Sequence record: SRR31156797_2210
Length of the DNA: 43,031 bases
Strand: one strand, 5' to 3'
Positions 31,091 through 40,367 of the stretch are shown here, one piece after another. Under the pieces are notes generated by a model that saw nothing but the letters and a program-made list of their open reading frames with translations, had not been told where the DNA came from and searched no databases. The first letter of the stretch is position 1, and the number at the start of each line of letters is the position of its first letter. The position numbers and the translations under genes are program-made.

Positions 31091-32209
31091 TTAATAAGCA
31101 ACTTTCTTCTTTTTCTTTCGAGTGTTCTGTTTTTGTTTAACCTGATAAATCAACACTCCTCTTTGTTTTCCTTTTAGTTTAATGGTACCCACTTCTTTCA
31201 TGTTGAATTCCTTTGGATCTTCCAACGCTTCATACAAAACACCAGAAATCAGCAAGTCTTGTTTGTACTCGTTACACATGGATTCTATTCGGGCAGCTGT
31301 ATTTATCGTATCTCCATTGTAGGATATTTCTCGACGAATACTTCCTACCTGCAAAACCATTACTCTACCTAAATGCAAGCCTGCCTTAAACTTAGGCACC
31401 TCTCCATATTTCCGCCTATAATACCTCGAACGACGATCTACAACTCTTTGAAATGCATAAAAAGCCCGAATACAATTATTTGATCGAACCCCTTTTTTTA
31501 CATTCCAGCAAACCACTGCGCCATCTCCTAAATAATTATAGATTTCGCCATGATAATTGTATAGCACAGACATATCATTAAAAACATCCTGAACAAGACG
31601 GCTAAATTTTTCGTGCCCCAATTCCTCAGCTCGTCTTGTTGATGATTTCATATCTATGAACATGAAAAGTTTTTTCTCTTCGCGAGGTTTGTTTAGTCTG
31701 CCAAAAAACCAGTTTAGAAAATTTCCCACACCTACTTTTCTATGCATTTCCTTGAATGTGCTATTTACAATACATGACAAGTAGAAATAAACAAAAAAGC
31801 GAATATGCGGCAACTCTACTGTCGGAAGGTATTTTAGAAAGGTATCATAATCTGAAATCGTTGTAATATCCAGGTTTTTATTCACTCCCAGGTAAAACAA
31901 GGTGAATGCCAGCGCAAAATACAATAGCGATCGCAAAAAGACCATCGTTCGTATTGGAGAAAACCGCATGATACGATCCGAAAAAATAGTATCCAGAAAA
32001 GTAAACAGAATGGCTATAAAACCAGATACTAAGCTTATATTAAAATAAAATGCATCTACATTTAAAAGCTTAAAGTAATTAACAAATAAGCTTTTATCAT
32101 CTGTAAGAAAAACAAAAAAGAATAAGGCAATATTCCAAAATATAAAATGGTAACGAATAGCTCTATACCCCCTGCTGAACTGAATCTTTATCTTCTCTCT
32201 TAAAAACAT
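31091..32209 (-). CDS. Membrane-anchored class III adenylate/guanylate cyclase
   Basis: About 4 TMs; FIDMKSST, YLGDG (metal Asp residues), FKAGLHLG, GDTINTAARIE, LKGK. Confidence 0.9.
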   Translation of the reverse strand: MFLREKIKIQFSRGYRAIRYHFIFWNIALFFFVFLTDDKSLFVNYFKLLNVDAFYFNISLVSGFIAILFTFLDTIFSDRIMRFSPIRTMVFLRSLLYFALAFTLFYLGVNKNLDITTISDYDTFLKYLPTVELPHIRFFVYFYLSCIVNSTFKEMHRKVGVGNFLNWFFGRLNKPREEKKLFMFIDMKSSTRRAEELGHEKFSRLVQDVFNDMSVLYNYHGEIYNYLGDGAVVCWNVKKGVRSNNCIRAFYAFQRVVDRRSRYYRRKYGEVPKFKAGLHLGRVMVLQVGSIRREISYNGDTINTAARIESMCNEYKQDLLISGVLYEALEDPKEFNMKEVGTIKLKGKQRGVLIYQVKQKQNTRKKKKKVAY

Positions 32210-32339
32210 CTATTCTCAAAATTACCTTAAGTCGCATCAATTTTAAACACGTTCGATATTACCTAAACGATTAGTTTTTGTTTCGATTTTAAACTTGTAA
32301 TTATTAACATTCCGCCACCACTTGTTCACTTATTGGAAT

Positions 32340-32372
32340 AAAAAAAACCGCCTGATAAAAATCAGACGGTTT
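32340..32372 (-). terminator. Intrinsic terminator of htpG
   Basis: A-run-ccgcctgat-aaaa-atcagacgg-ttt; G:U pair on the minus strand. Confidence 0.75.
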
Positions 32373-32393
32373 CATGTATGTATAAAAATCTTT

Positions 32394-34448
32394 TTAGATT
32401 AAATCGATACTTCTTTTTACAAATTTAGTTAAAGCTTCACCTTTTAACATGTTATTTGAAAGAAGTGCTAAATCAATCAGTTGCGATACTAATTTATTAT
32501 CTGAACTAAATCCATTCAGTATTTCTGTTTTCTTAGTATTTAATTCGCTGATTTTCTTATCCACGTCAGCTAATTCATCTTTTTCGGCCTGAGGAATTTC
32601 CTCATCCTTTTTACCTTCTTTAGCTTTCTCAAGCTCCTGACGTTTTCCGTTAAGACTTTCAATCTTACTACGTAAAGAATCAACCTGCTCTCCTACCTTT
32701 TCGTTCTTATCGCTTAAAATACGCTCTACCAATGGGTGATTTTCATTCACTACCAACTGATAGCTATCCGGCATTTCTCCATAAAAGTTCATGCCACCAC
32801 CTTGCATAGCGCTCATTTCTTTCATACGACGCATAAACTCTTGTTGTGTAATTATGGCTGGATTTGCCTCTGCCCCCATAGCCTCAAAAGCAACAATAAA
32901 GTTTAATTTATCTCCGTTAGGAACCTGTGCTGCAAATACAGAAGTTAAATCGTCTTTATCTCCGGCAGAAAGTTTTGACTCTAATGTATTTTCTTTTGGA
33001 ATCAATTTCTCAACTACATCTCCATCTACACGAACAAAACGGCTATTCTCGAGCTTTTGCTCCATATGGTTAATAAAGTGTGTATCTAACTGACCGTCCA
33101 TCAACAACACATCATAACCTTTGGCGTTTGCTCCTTCAATAAAGCTATGCTGCTCTTCAGCATCTGTAGTATATAAGTAAACTAACTGCTTATCTTTATC
33201 TGTTTGGTTTTCCTTGATAATGTCCTTATACTCATCAAACGTAAAATACTTACCATCAGTATTCTTTAACAAAGTAAACTTTTGAGCTTTATCATAGAAT
33301 TTCTCCTCTGTAAGCATTCCATATTCAATGAATAACTTCAAAGAATCCCATTTTTCCTCAAATCCTTTTCTGTCTGATTTAAAGATTTCGGCTAAACGAT
33401 CGGCTACTTTTTTAGTAATGTGGTTAGAGATTTTCTTTACATTACCATCTGCTTGTAAATATGAACGCGATACATTCAACGGAATATCAGGAGAATCGAT
33501 TACCCCGTGTAACAAGGTTAAAAATTCAGGAACAATATTCTCTACAGAATCGGTAATAAAAACCTGGTTGCTGTATAATTGAATCTTGTTCTTCTGAACC
33601 TCCACATTATTTTTAATCTTAGGGAAATAAAGAATTCCTGTCAGGTTAAAAGGATAGTCTACATTTAAGTGAATATTGAAAATAGGATCTTCACTCATTG
33701 GATATAAATCCCTGTAGAATTTATTGTAATCCTCGTCTTTTAAATCAGCTGGTTTTTTAGTCCAAAGTGGATTTGTGTCATTAACCACATTGTCGTCTTC
33801 CAGCTCTACTTCTTTACCATCTTTCCATTCGGTCTTTTTGCCAAAAGTAACCTCTACTGGTAAAAAGCGACAATATTTATTTAACAAGCGTGTAATTTCA
33901 GCTTTTTCAAGAAACTGCTTATTTTCATCATCAATGTGCAGTACAATATCAGTTCCTCTATCCTCCTTTTGAATATCTTCTATAGAATACTCTGGACTGC
34001 CATCGCACGACCACTTAACCGCTTGTGCACCTTCTTTGTGAGATAAAGTTTGAATTTCAACTTTTTTGGCTACCATAAAAGATGAGTAGAAACCCAAACC
34101 AAAATGTCCGATAATGGCATTGGCATCATCTTTATATTTATCCAAAAACTCTTCTGCTCCGGAAAAAGCAATTTGGTTAATGTACTTATCTATTTCGTCG
34201 GCAGTCATACCAACTCCTCTATCTGAAATAGTTAAGGTTTTATTTTTTTCATCCACCGAAATTTTAACCTTTAACTCTCCCAGCTCACCTTTAAATTCAC
34301 CAACACTAGATAAAGTTTTCAGTTTTTGAGAAGCATCCACTGCGTTAGAAACCAGCTCTCTCAAGAATATTTCATGATCTGAATAAAGGAATTTTTTAAT
34401 GATGGGGAAGATATTTTCGGACGTTACCCCAATATGACCCTTTGACAT
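32394..34448 (-). CDS. htpG: Hsp90-family chaperone HtpG
   Basis: LYSDHEIFLRELVSNAVDA, ISDRGVGMT, IIGHFGLGFYSSFMVA, GVIDSPDIPLNVSRSYLQ. Confidence 0.97.
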   Translation of the reverse strand: MSKGHIGVTSENIFPIIKKFLYSDHEIFLRELVSNAVDASQKLKTLSSVGEFKGELGELKVKISVDEKNKTLTISDRGVGMTADEIDKYINQIAFSGAEEFLDKYKDDANAIIGHFGLGFYSSFMVAKKVEIQTLSHKEGAQAVKWSCDGSPEYSIEDIQKEDRGTDIVLHIDDENKQFLEKAEITRLLNKYCRFLPVEVTFGKKTEWKDGKEVELEDDNVVNDTNPLWTKKPADLKDEDYNKFYRDLYPMSEDPIFNIHLNVDYPFNLTGILYFPKIKNNVEVQKNKIQLYSNQVFITDSVENIVPEFLTLLHGVIDSPDIPLNVSRSYLQADGNVKKISNHITKKVADRLAEIFKSDRKGFEEKWDSLKLFIEYGMLTEEKFYDKAQKFTLLKNTDGKYFTFDEYKDIIKENQTDKDKQLVYLYTTDAEEQHSFIEGANAKGYDVLLMDGQLDTHFINHMEQKLENSRFVRVDGDVVEKLIPKENTLESKLSAGDKDDLTSVFAAQVPNGDKLNFIVAFEAMGAEANPAIITQQEFMRRMKEMSAMQGGGMNFYGEMPDSYQLVVNENHPLVERILSDKNEKVGEQVDSLRSKIESLNGKRQELEKAKEGKKDEEIPQAEKDELADVDKKISELNTKKTEILNGFSSDNKLVSQLIDLALLSNNMLKGEALTKFVKRSIDLI

Positions 34449-34494
34449 AGTATTATTTGTTTTTAAGATTAAACATTTTAACGACTCGGTTTAT

Positions 34495-34510
34495 ATCAAA
34501 GGGTGTGCCA
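34495..34510 (-). promoter_or_regulatory. sigma54-like -24/-12 promoter upstream of htpG
   Basis: Minus strand TGGCAC-ACCCT-TTGAT versus consensus TGGCAC-N5-TTGCW (one mismatch). Confidence 0.5.
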
Positions 34511-34595
34511 CGCGATAGGATGTGACATTAAGACAGCATTCCTGCCACAACTGCCAAATTATTTAAATACTGACAGGAAAAATCGTCAGTAAAGT

Positions 34596-34634
34596 AAAAA
34601 CCCCATCGATGGCAATACCAACAATGGGGTTTTT
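34596..34634. terminator. Intrinsic terminator after the P-II gene
   Basis: aaaaaccccat...atggggttttt stem with inner pairing (minus strand TGTTGGT/GCCATCG). Confidence 0.75.
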
Positions 34635-34664
34635 GGTTTAGATTAGAGTAAATCTCTACTTTTA

Positions 34665-35015
34665 TTATATTGCAGAATTACCTCGCTCTTCGGTACGGAT
34701 ACGGATACATTGCTCAAGGGGTGTAACAAATATTTTTCCATCTCCAACCTCACCTTGGTTACCATTGTGCGATTTAGCTGCTTTTATAATAGCGTTTATA
34801 GTTGTTTCAACATATTCATCATTAACTGCAATTTCTAATCTCATTTTTGGAGTAAGATTAGGAATCACCTCTTTTCCACGATATACTTCTTTACTGATTT
34901 GATTACCATGACCAGAAACTCTGGATACAGTAATACGGGTGATACCTGCCTGAATTAATCCTTCACGAACTACATCCAGTTGGTATGCTCTTATAATGGC
35001 TGTAACTAATTTCAT
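34665..35015 (-). CDS. glnK: P-II nitrogen regulatory protein (amtB-linked, GlnK-type)
   Basis: MKLVTAIIR from ATG 35015; VSGHG, VYRG, PKMRLEIAV, GDGKIFV, IRIRT; directly downstream of amtB. Confidence 0.88.
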   Translation of the reverse strand: MKLVTAIIRAYQLDVVREGLIQAGITRITVSRVSGHGNQISKEVYRGKEVIPNLTPKMRLEIAVNDEYVETTINAIIKAAKSHNGNQGEVGDGKIFVTPLEQCIRIRTEERGNSAI

Positions 35016-35110
35016 CTGTTTAAATTTTATTTTTACGTAGCCCTCATCTAAAGTCATTACAATTATGACAGATGGAGCTCAAATAAAAAGTTATAGGTTA
35101 AAGTTAATTA

Positions 35111-36433
35111 TTAATTAGGATTTAACATACCGTAACCGCGCTCTCCGTGGAACGAATGATCAAGACCGGTCATCTCTTCTTCATCAGAAGCTTTAAGTCC
35201 AAATAACTTTTCAACAACCCAGATAATTGCAATTGTAGTCACAATTGAATAACCAATAGCAATTACTACAGTGATACCTTGTACCCAAAACTGATCCCAT
35301 GAAGTCCATATTCCATCAGTTGTATTTGCTGCAGCATCAGCCATCCAGCTATCACGGATAAAGAATGACAGTAACATCGCTCCCACAATTCCTCCAACAC
35401 CATGTACTCCAAAAGCATCTAATGAATCATCATATCCTAACTTATCCTTTAACATTAAAGCACCATAACAGATAACAGCAGAAATTGCCCCTAACACTAG
35501 AGCGCCCATTGGCTGAACAACTCCCGCAGCAGGTGTAACAGCAACTAGACCGGCTAAAATACCTGAAGCAAAACCTAAGGCTGTTCCTTTTCCATGATGA
35601 ACTAATTCAATAATAATCCACATTAATGCACCGGCAGCACCTGCCACCTGTGTAGCTGTTAGAGCCTGTGCGGTATCTAAACCACTATTAATACTACTTC
35701 CTGCATTAAATCCGAACCAACCTACCCAAAGTAAGCCAACTCCCATCATTGTCATAACCAAGTTATTTGGTCGTTGCTGATGACTTGGGTAACCACGACG
35801 TGCTCCCAAATAAATTGCAGCAACTAATCCACTGATACCAGCTGAAATATGCACTACTGTACCTCCGGCAAAATCAATTGCTCCGGCAGCTCCCCAGTGA
35901 TGTAAGAACCCTTCTGCCGACCATACCCAGTGGCAAAGCGGATTATACACAATAACACCCCAGATGGCAATAAATACAAGGTATCCTTTAAACTTAACTC
36001 TTTCAGCAAACGCTCCGGCTATAAGAGCTGGCGTAATAATAGCAAACTTGCCCTGAAACATAGAAAATACTAACTCAGGCACTCCGCCTTCCATAATATT
36101 AGTATCAATACCTTGAAGTAACACATAGTCATTATTCCAGCCAAACCAGCCTCCTAAAATACTATCTCCAAAACACATTGAGTATCCAACAAATACCCAA
36201 AGAACACTCATAACTCCCATGGCTGCAAAACTATGCATCATGGTTCCTAATACGTTTTTAGATCTAACTAAACCGCCATAGAACATGGCTAATCCTGGTA
36301 CCATTAACAGTACCAATGCAGTTGATGTAAGCATCCATGCCGTAGCTCCGGCATCTACTTCGGGGCCATTATTGGCCCATCCGTTCACAAAAAACCCTAG
36401 CAACAGAGTTGCTAAAAGAATTGCTCTCTTCAT
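35111..36433 (-). CDS. amtB: Ammonium transporter
   Basis: LMVPGLAMFYGGLVRSKN, FQGKFAIIT, DFAGGTVVH, LWVGWFGFNAGS, DDSLDAFGVHG; both pore His residues present. Confidence 0.96.
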   Translation of the reverse strand: MKRAILLATLLLGFFVNGWANNGPEVDAGATAWMLTSTALVLLMVPGLAMFYGGLVRSKNVLGTMMHSFAAMGVMSVLWVFVGYSMCFGDSILGGWFGWNNDYVLLQGIDTNIMEGGVPELVFSMFQGKFAIITPALIAGAFAERVKFKGYLVFIAIWGVIVYNPLCHWVWSAEGFLHHWGAAGAIDFAGGTVVHISAGISGLVAAIYLGARRGYPSHQQRPNNLVMTMMGVGLLWVGWFGFNAGSSINSGLDTAQALTATQVAGAAGALMWIIIELVHHGKGTALGFASGILAGLVAVTPAAGVVQPMGALVLGAISAVICYGALMLKDKLGYDDSLDAFGVHGVGGIVGAMLLSFFIRDSWMADAAANTTDGIWTSWDQFWVQGITVVIAIGYSIVTTIAIIWVVEKLFGLKASDEEEMTGLDHSFHGERGYGMLNPN

Positions 36434-36765
36434 AAAAAAAATTCGCTTAATAGGTGGTAATAATCATTTCTCAGGGGCAAACTTACAAATTTGCATGGTA
36501 CAGTCCAAATTTTATTACATTCTATAAGCACACACCCCCTTTTCAAACACCTATTAAAACTTTACGGATACTTTTATTTACAAGTGATCCCTAAACAAAC
36601 ACCCCACTATACTTTTTTTTAACAAAAACATAAAATAACTACATATATCTTAACAATTCATTAATATAACAACGCTTTTTTCATTACCCCCTGGATAAAC
36701 ACCCCTTGTATTTTCATATAAATATTTTTTTAACCAACATACCCATAAATAGTATATACAGAAAC

Positions 36766-36793
36766 AAAAAAGGTCCAGCATAACGCCAGACCT
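36766..36793 (-). terminator. Intrinsic terminator after the receiver gene
   Basis: Minus strand AGGTCTGGC-GTTAT-GCTGGACCT followed by a U tract (two G:U pairs). Confidence 0.6.
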
Positions 36794-36815
36794 CTATTTT
36801 TTTTCTTTCTGAATT

Positions 36816-37181
36816 CTATAAATATTTATTCAATTCTTCTTCTATTTTACTTTTTTTAAGTGGTTTTTGAAAGTAGCCATCAATCAGATCTGCATCTAAT
36901 GCTTCTTCTATTTCTGGTGTTAAACCATAACCTGACAATAGAAAGAATGGCAGTTCATTCCTTACGCTCTTGGCCATTTTAACAAACTCAAGCCCATTCA
37001 TTCCGGGCATCTTCATATCTGTAATAATAGCGCCAATTTCTTTATTCGACTCTAACAAATCGATAGCTTTATCACCTGATTCTGCCGTAATAATTTCATA
37101 TACCCCCCTAAACATGATTGTAAATAATTTCAAATTAATCGGTTCATCATCTACATAAAGTACAACACCTAAGTTTTGCAT
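36816..37181 (-). CDS. Single-domain response regulator (receiver only)
   Basis: YVDDE, ITDMKMPGMNG, LLSGY, QKP. Its ATG abuts the kinase stop codon. Confidence 0.92.
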   Translation of the reverse strand: MQNLGVVLYVDDEPINLKLFTIMFRGVYEIITAESGDKAIDLLESNKEIGAIITDMKMPGMNGLEFVKMAKSVRNELPFFLLSGYGLTPEIEEALDADLIDGYFQKPLKKSKIEEELNKYL

Positions 37182-39020
37182 CTAATTTTCTCTTTTTGCA
37201 GGAAGTATTATACTAAAAGTAGAACCTTTATTGATTTTTGATTCCACCATTATTTCTCCCTGGTGTTTCTTAATAATATTATACGCCGTTGATAATCCTA
37301 AACCAGATCCTCCTCCAACATCTTTGGTTGTAAAAAATGGTTCAAAAATTCGGTGCTGTATTGAATAATCAATCCCCTCTCCGCTGTCCTTAATATCAAC
37401 TCGTACATTTCCAACTCCATCTACATGTGATATACACACTTCTATTTTGCCTTTTTTTCTTATTGCCTGAATTGCATTATATAAAATATTTATAAAAACC
37501 TGATGTAATTCACTTACATTCCCCATTACTTTTGCTGCCTTTTCCGGATAATATTTAATTACTTTTATCCGTGCTTTGGTTTCAAAAGCTAAGATATTTA
37601 AACAAGCATCAATAATAGCAGGAATATTGCAACTTGAAAAATCTTTCGTGTCTTTTTTGTTGAATTGTTCCAGACTTAATACAATTTCGCTTATTCTTCT
37701 AACCCCTTCTTCAATTCCATTTATAACCTGATCATTTAAATCATCCAGTTCATCTTTTGAAAGATCTTCATACTGCCCCTTCGACATATTTTGTAAACTA
37801 TACAATCCGGATTGAATATAGTTCAATGGGTTGTTTATTTCATGAGCCACTCCTGATGTCAATACACCAATGGATGCCATTTTATCTGATTCTATTAGCT
37901 TCTCCTGCGTTGCATGCAAAACATCAAGAGCCTCTTCCAACTTATTGCGCTGATCCATTAGACTTATGTTAGATTGCTGCAACTCCCTATTTGTATATTC
38001 CAATTCCTCAGTGCGCTGCTGAACGAGTTTTTCAAGGTGCTCTTTATATTGATTTATTTCCTTTTCCTGCTCCTTTTGTTTGGTTATATCTTTTACAACA
38101 GCCTGATAAAATGTGGTGTGATTATATTGTATCTGAACTAAACTTAAAGACGCCAGGAATACTTCTCCTTTTAAATTAATATGCTCCCATTCCAGAAACT
38201 GAGGTTCTCCTGAAGCAAGCATTTTAAATATAGTTTCAACTCTTTCTTTTGCTGTAATTCCTCCTGGTTGAATTTCTGAAGACAAATCCAGTATATTTCT
38301 GTTTTCTATATCTACTTGCTTACATTTAAATAATTCCAAACAACGTTGGTTTACATGTTGTATTTTCTCTCCTTTTAGAATAAGAATAGCATCAAAAGAG
38401 TTTTCAAACAAATTTTGATATCGTTTTTCCTTATAATTCAAATCCTCATTCTTGGTTTTTATAACGGCAAGATTATTTAAAATGGCCTCAGAGTATTTTT
38501 TACCAACTAACAAAAGAGCAAATCCAGTCAATAAAATGATGGATAAATCCATTAACCAAGCTCTTATATCCAATACATACTGATTGGCATCAATTTCGAA
38601 AGGTACGGTTCCTGAAATGTATAAATAACCAAACAATGCATATATAGATCCATAAAAAAGCATACTCAACAATGCCTTCTTAAAGTCTAAAATAAAGGAT
38701 ACAAATACGGGTATTAATATAATATATGCTTTTGAAGAAACTAAAAAACCAAAGTTAGATAAACCTGTTATCAGCGCCATCAGCACAACAAGCATAACTG
38801 TATAGATTTTAAAGTTTAAGCTCAACTTTTTTCTATAGCCAGCAATAAACCCAAAACCAATAATTACAAGTGTAATAGCAACAAATGCTTCATCAAAACC
38901 ATAAGTTAATGATCGGATAAGTGTTACCAAATAAGACAGTACTCCAAAAACAAAGCCTATAACTATAGCTGAATTAACTATTTGGTCTCTTACTATTTTT
39001 AAATCTCCGTTATTACTCAT
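37182..39020 (-). CDS. Multi-TM PAS-domain sensor histidine kinase
   Basis: About 5-6 N-terminal TMs; PAS (LFENSFDAI...KDIT); coiled coil; GVAHEINNPL, QVFINILYNA, DSGEGI, FEPFFTTK, GSGLGL. Confidence 0.92.
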   Translation of the reverse strand: MSNNGDLKIVRDQIVNSAIVIGFVFGVLSYLVTLIRSLTYGFDEAFVAITLVIIGFGFIAGYRKKLSLNFKIYTVMLVVLMALITGLSNFGFLVSSKAYIILIPVFVSFILDFKKALLSMLFYGSIYALFGYLYISGTVPFEIDANQYVLDIRAWLMDLSIILLTGFALLLVGKKYSEAILNNLAVIKTKNEDLNYKEKRYQNLFENSFDAILILKGEKIQHVNQRCLELFKCKQVDIENRNILDLSSEIQPGGITAKERVETIFKMLASGEPQFLEWEHINLKGEVFLASLSLVQIQYNHTTFYQAVVKDITKQKEQEKEINQYKEHLEKLVQQRTEELEYTNRELQQSNISLMDQRNKLEEALDVLHATQEKLIESDKMASIGVLTSGVAHEINNPLNYIQSGLYSLQNMSKGQYEDLSKDELDDLNDQVINGIEEGVRRISEIVLSLEQFNKKDTKDFSSCNIPAIIDACLNILAFETKARIKVIKYYPEKAAKVMGNVSELHQVFINILYNAIQAIRKKGKIEVCISHVDGVGNVRVDIKDSGEGIDYSIQHRIFEPFFTTKDVGGGSGLGLSTAYNIIKKHQGEIMVESKINKGSTFSIILPAKREN

Positions 39021-39175
39021 TCAGTGGTTTAAATTTTCATATCCAAAAGTATAATATTAACGCAAAAAGCAAATAAATGTCTTAAAAATATTGACCAATG
39101 GTTTTTATTTAATCATCTAATCATCAATTATTAATATATAAGTTGTAAAAAAAAACGATCTTTTTTTATTTTCGA

Positions 39176-39202
39176 TGCAACTATTCATATAAGGCCTTGT
39201 CC
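39176..39202 (+). promoter_or_regulatory. Candidate autoregulatory ECF promoter
   Basis: TGCAAC (-35-like AAC) and TTGTC (-10-like) directly upstream of the ECF sigma gene. Confidence 0.45.
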
Positions 39203-39220
39203 TTAGATAAAATTAGATTT

Positions 39221-39784
39221 TTGGAAACTGTAAAGCTCGACATACATAAGCCCATAATCAAAAAAGCGCAGAAAGGCAACGCAAAAGCCCAGAAGCAACT
39301 CTATGAACTCTATGCTAAAGCGATGTTCAACATTTGTTACAGGATGATGAATAATATAGCTGAAGCAGAAGATGTGCTGCAGGAAGCTTTTTGCGAAGCC
39401 TTCAGGAGACTGGATTCTTTTAGGTTTGAATCCACATTTGGGGCATGGCTAAAGCGCATTGTCATTAACAGATGTATTAATGAGCTTAAAAGAAGAAAAG
39501 TAGAACTTGAATATAGTGATCAAATTTATCAGGCAGATATCAAAGAAGAGATTTATGAAGATGAAAGCAGTTTGCAGGTTGAAAAGATTAAAAGAGCAAT
39601 GGGACTTTTACCAGACGGATACAGAGTGGTTTTTTCACTTTATCTCCTTGAGGGATATGACCATCAGGAAATAGCTGAAATTTTAGGCATTTCTGAATCT
39701 ACCTCAAAATCGCAATTAGCCAGAGCCAAAAAGAAAATCGTTGAAATTATTAAAGCCGGTAATTTTGAATTCAGTATCAACTAA
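39221..39784 (+). CDS. ECF RNA polymerase sigma factor
   Basis: AQKQLYELY, AEDVLQEAF, FGAWLKRI, YDHQEIAEILGISESTSKSQLARAK. TTG 39221 preferred because TTG 39197 overlaps the putative -10 element. Confidence 0.92.
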   Translation: METVKLDIHKPIIKKAQKGNAKAQKQLYELYAKAMFNICYRMMNNIAEAEDVLQEAFCEAFRRLDSFRFESTFGAWLKRIVINRCINELKRRKVELEYSDQIYQADIKEEIYEDESSLQVEKIKRAMGLLPDGYRVVFSLYLLEGYDHQEIAEILGISESTSKSQLARAKKKIVEIIKAGNFEFSIN

Positions 39785-39793
39785 AAACATTGA

Positions 39794-40333
39794 ATGATGG
39801 ATGATAAACTTGAAAAATTAATTAAAGAGAATCGTAGTTCATTTGATGACCTCACTCCTCCATCTGATATGTGGAGTAACATTGAAGGTAAGTTAGCTAC
39901 GAATCGGAAAATATCACCAAAAACAATTATATACAGAATATCGGGTGCAGCAGCCATATTAATTGTAGCCATATTTAGTTACACCCTTGTTTTTTCTGAT
40001 AGTGCACAAAACGACCAATTATCTGCTATGAATAACGAGATACTTGAAACAGAACAATACTATAACCTCAAGGTACTGCAAAAGAAAGAACAAGTATTTA
40101 AATTAACTAGTAGTCAACCTGAGATTAAGAAAGATATAGAAGAAGAATTAGCTCTTTTAGACACAGCTATGCTGGAATTAAAAAACGATTTAAAAGAGAA
40201 TATTTCTAACACTGAAGTGGTGGAAGCAATGATACAAAACTACCGAATGAAGTTACAAATATTAGAAGATATTCTTCAATATATAGAACCGCAGGAGAAA
40301 AAAGAAACCCAAAACGATTTTTCAAACATTTAA
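39794..40333 (+). CDS. Putative anti-sigma factor
   Basis: Follows the ECF gene; short cytoplasmic N-terminus (FDDLTPPSDMWSNI), one TM, helical periplasmic part (EAMIQNYRMKLQILE). Confidence 0.7.
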   Translation: MMDDKLEKLIKENRSSFDDLTPPSDMWSNIEGKLATNRKISPKTIIYRISGAAAILIVAIFSYTLVFSDSAQNDQLSAMNNEILETEQYYNLKVLQKKEQVFKLTSSQPEIKKDIEEELALLDTAMLELKNDLKENISNTEVVEAMIQNYRMKLQILEDILQYIEPQEKKETQNDFSNI

Positions 40334-40367
40334 CAAAGACACACAGGAATAGGATAAATATTATATT

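Noticed and set aside
36816-39020. Kinase/receiver pair as an NtrBC equivalent controlling amtB-glnK
   Set aside because: The receiver has no output domain, a terminator separates it from amtB, and the AHEINNPL H-box is common to many unrelated kinases.
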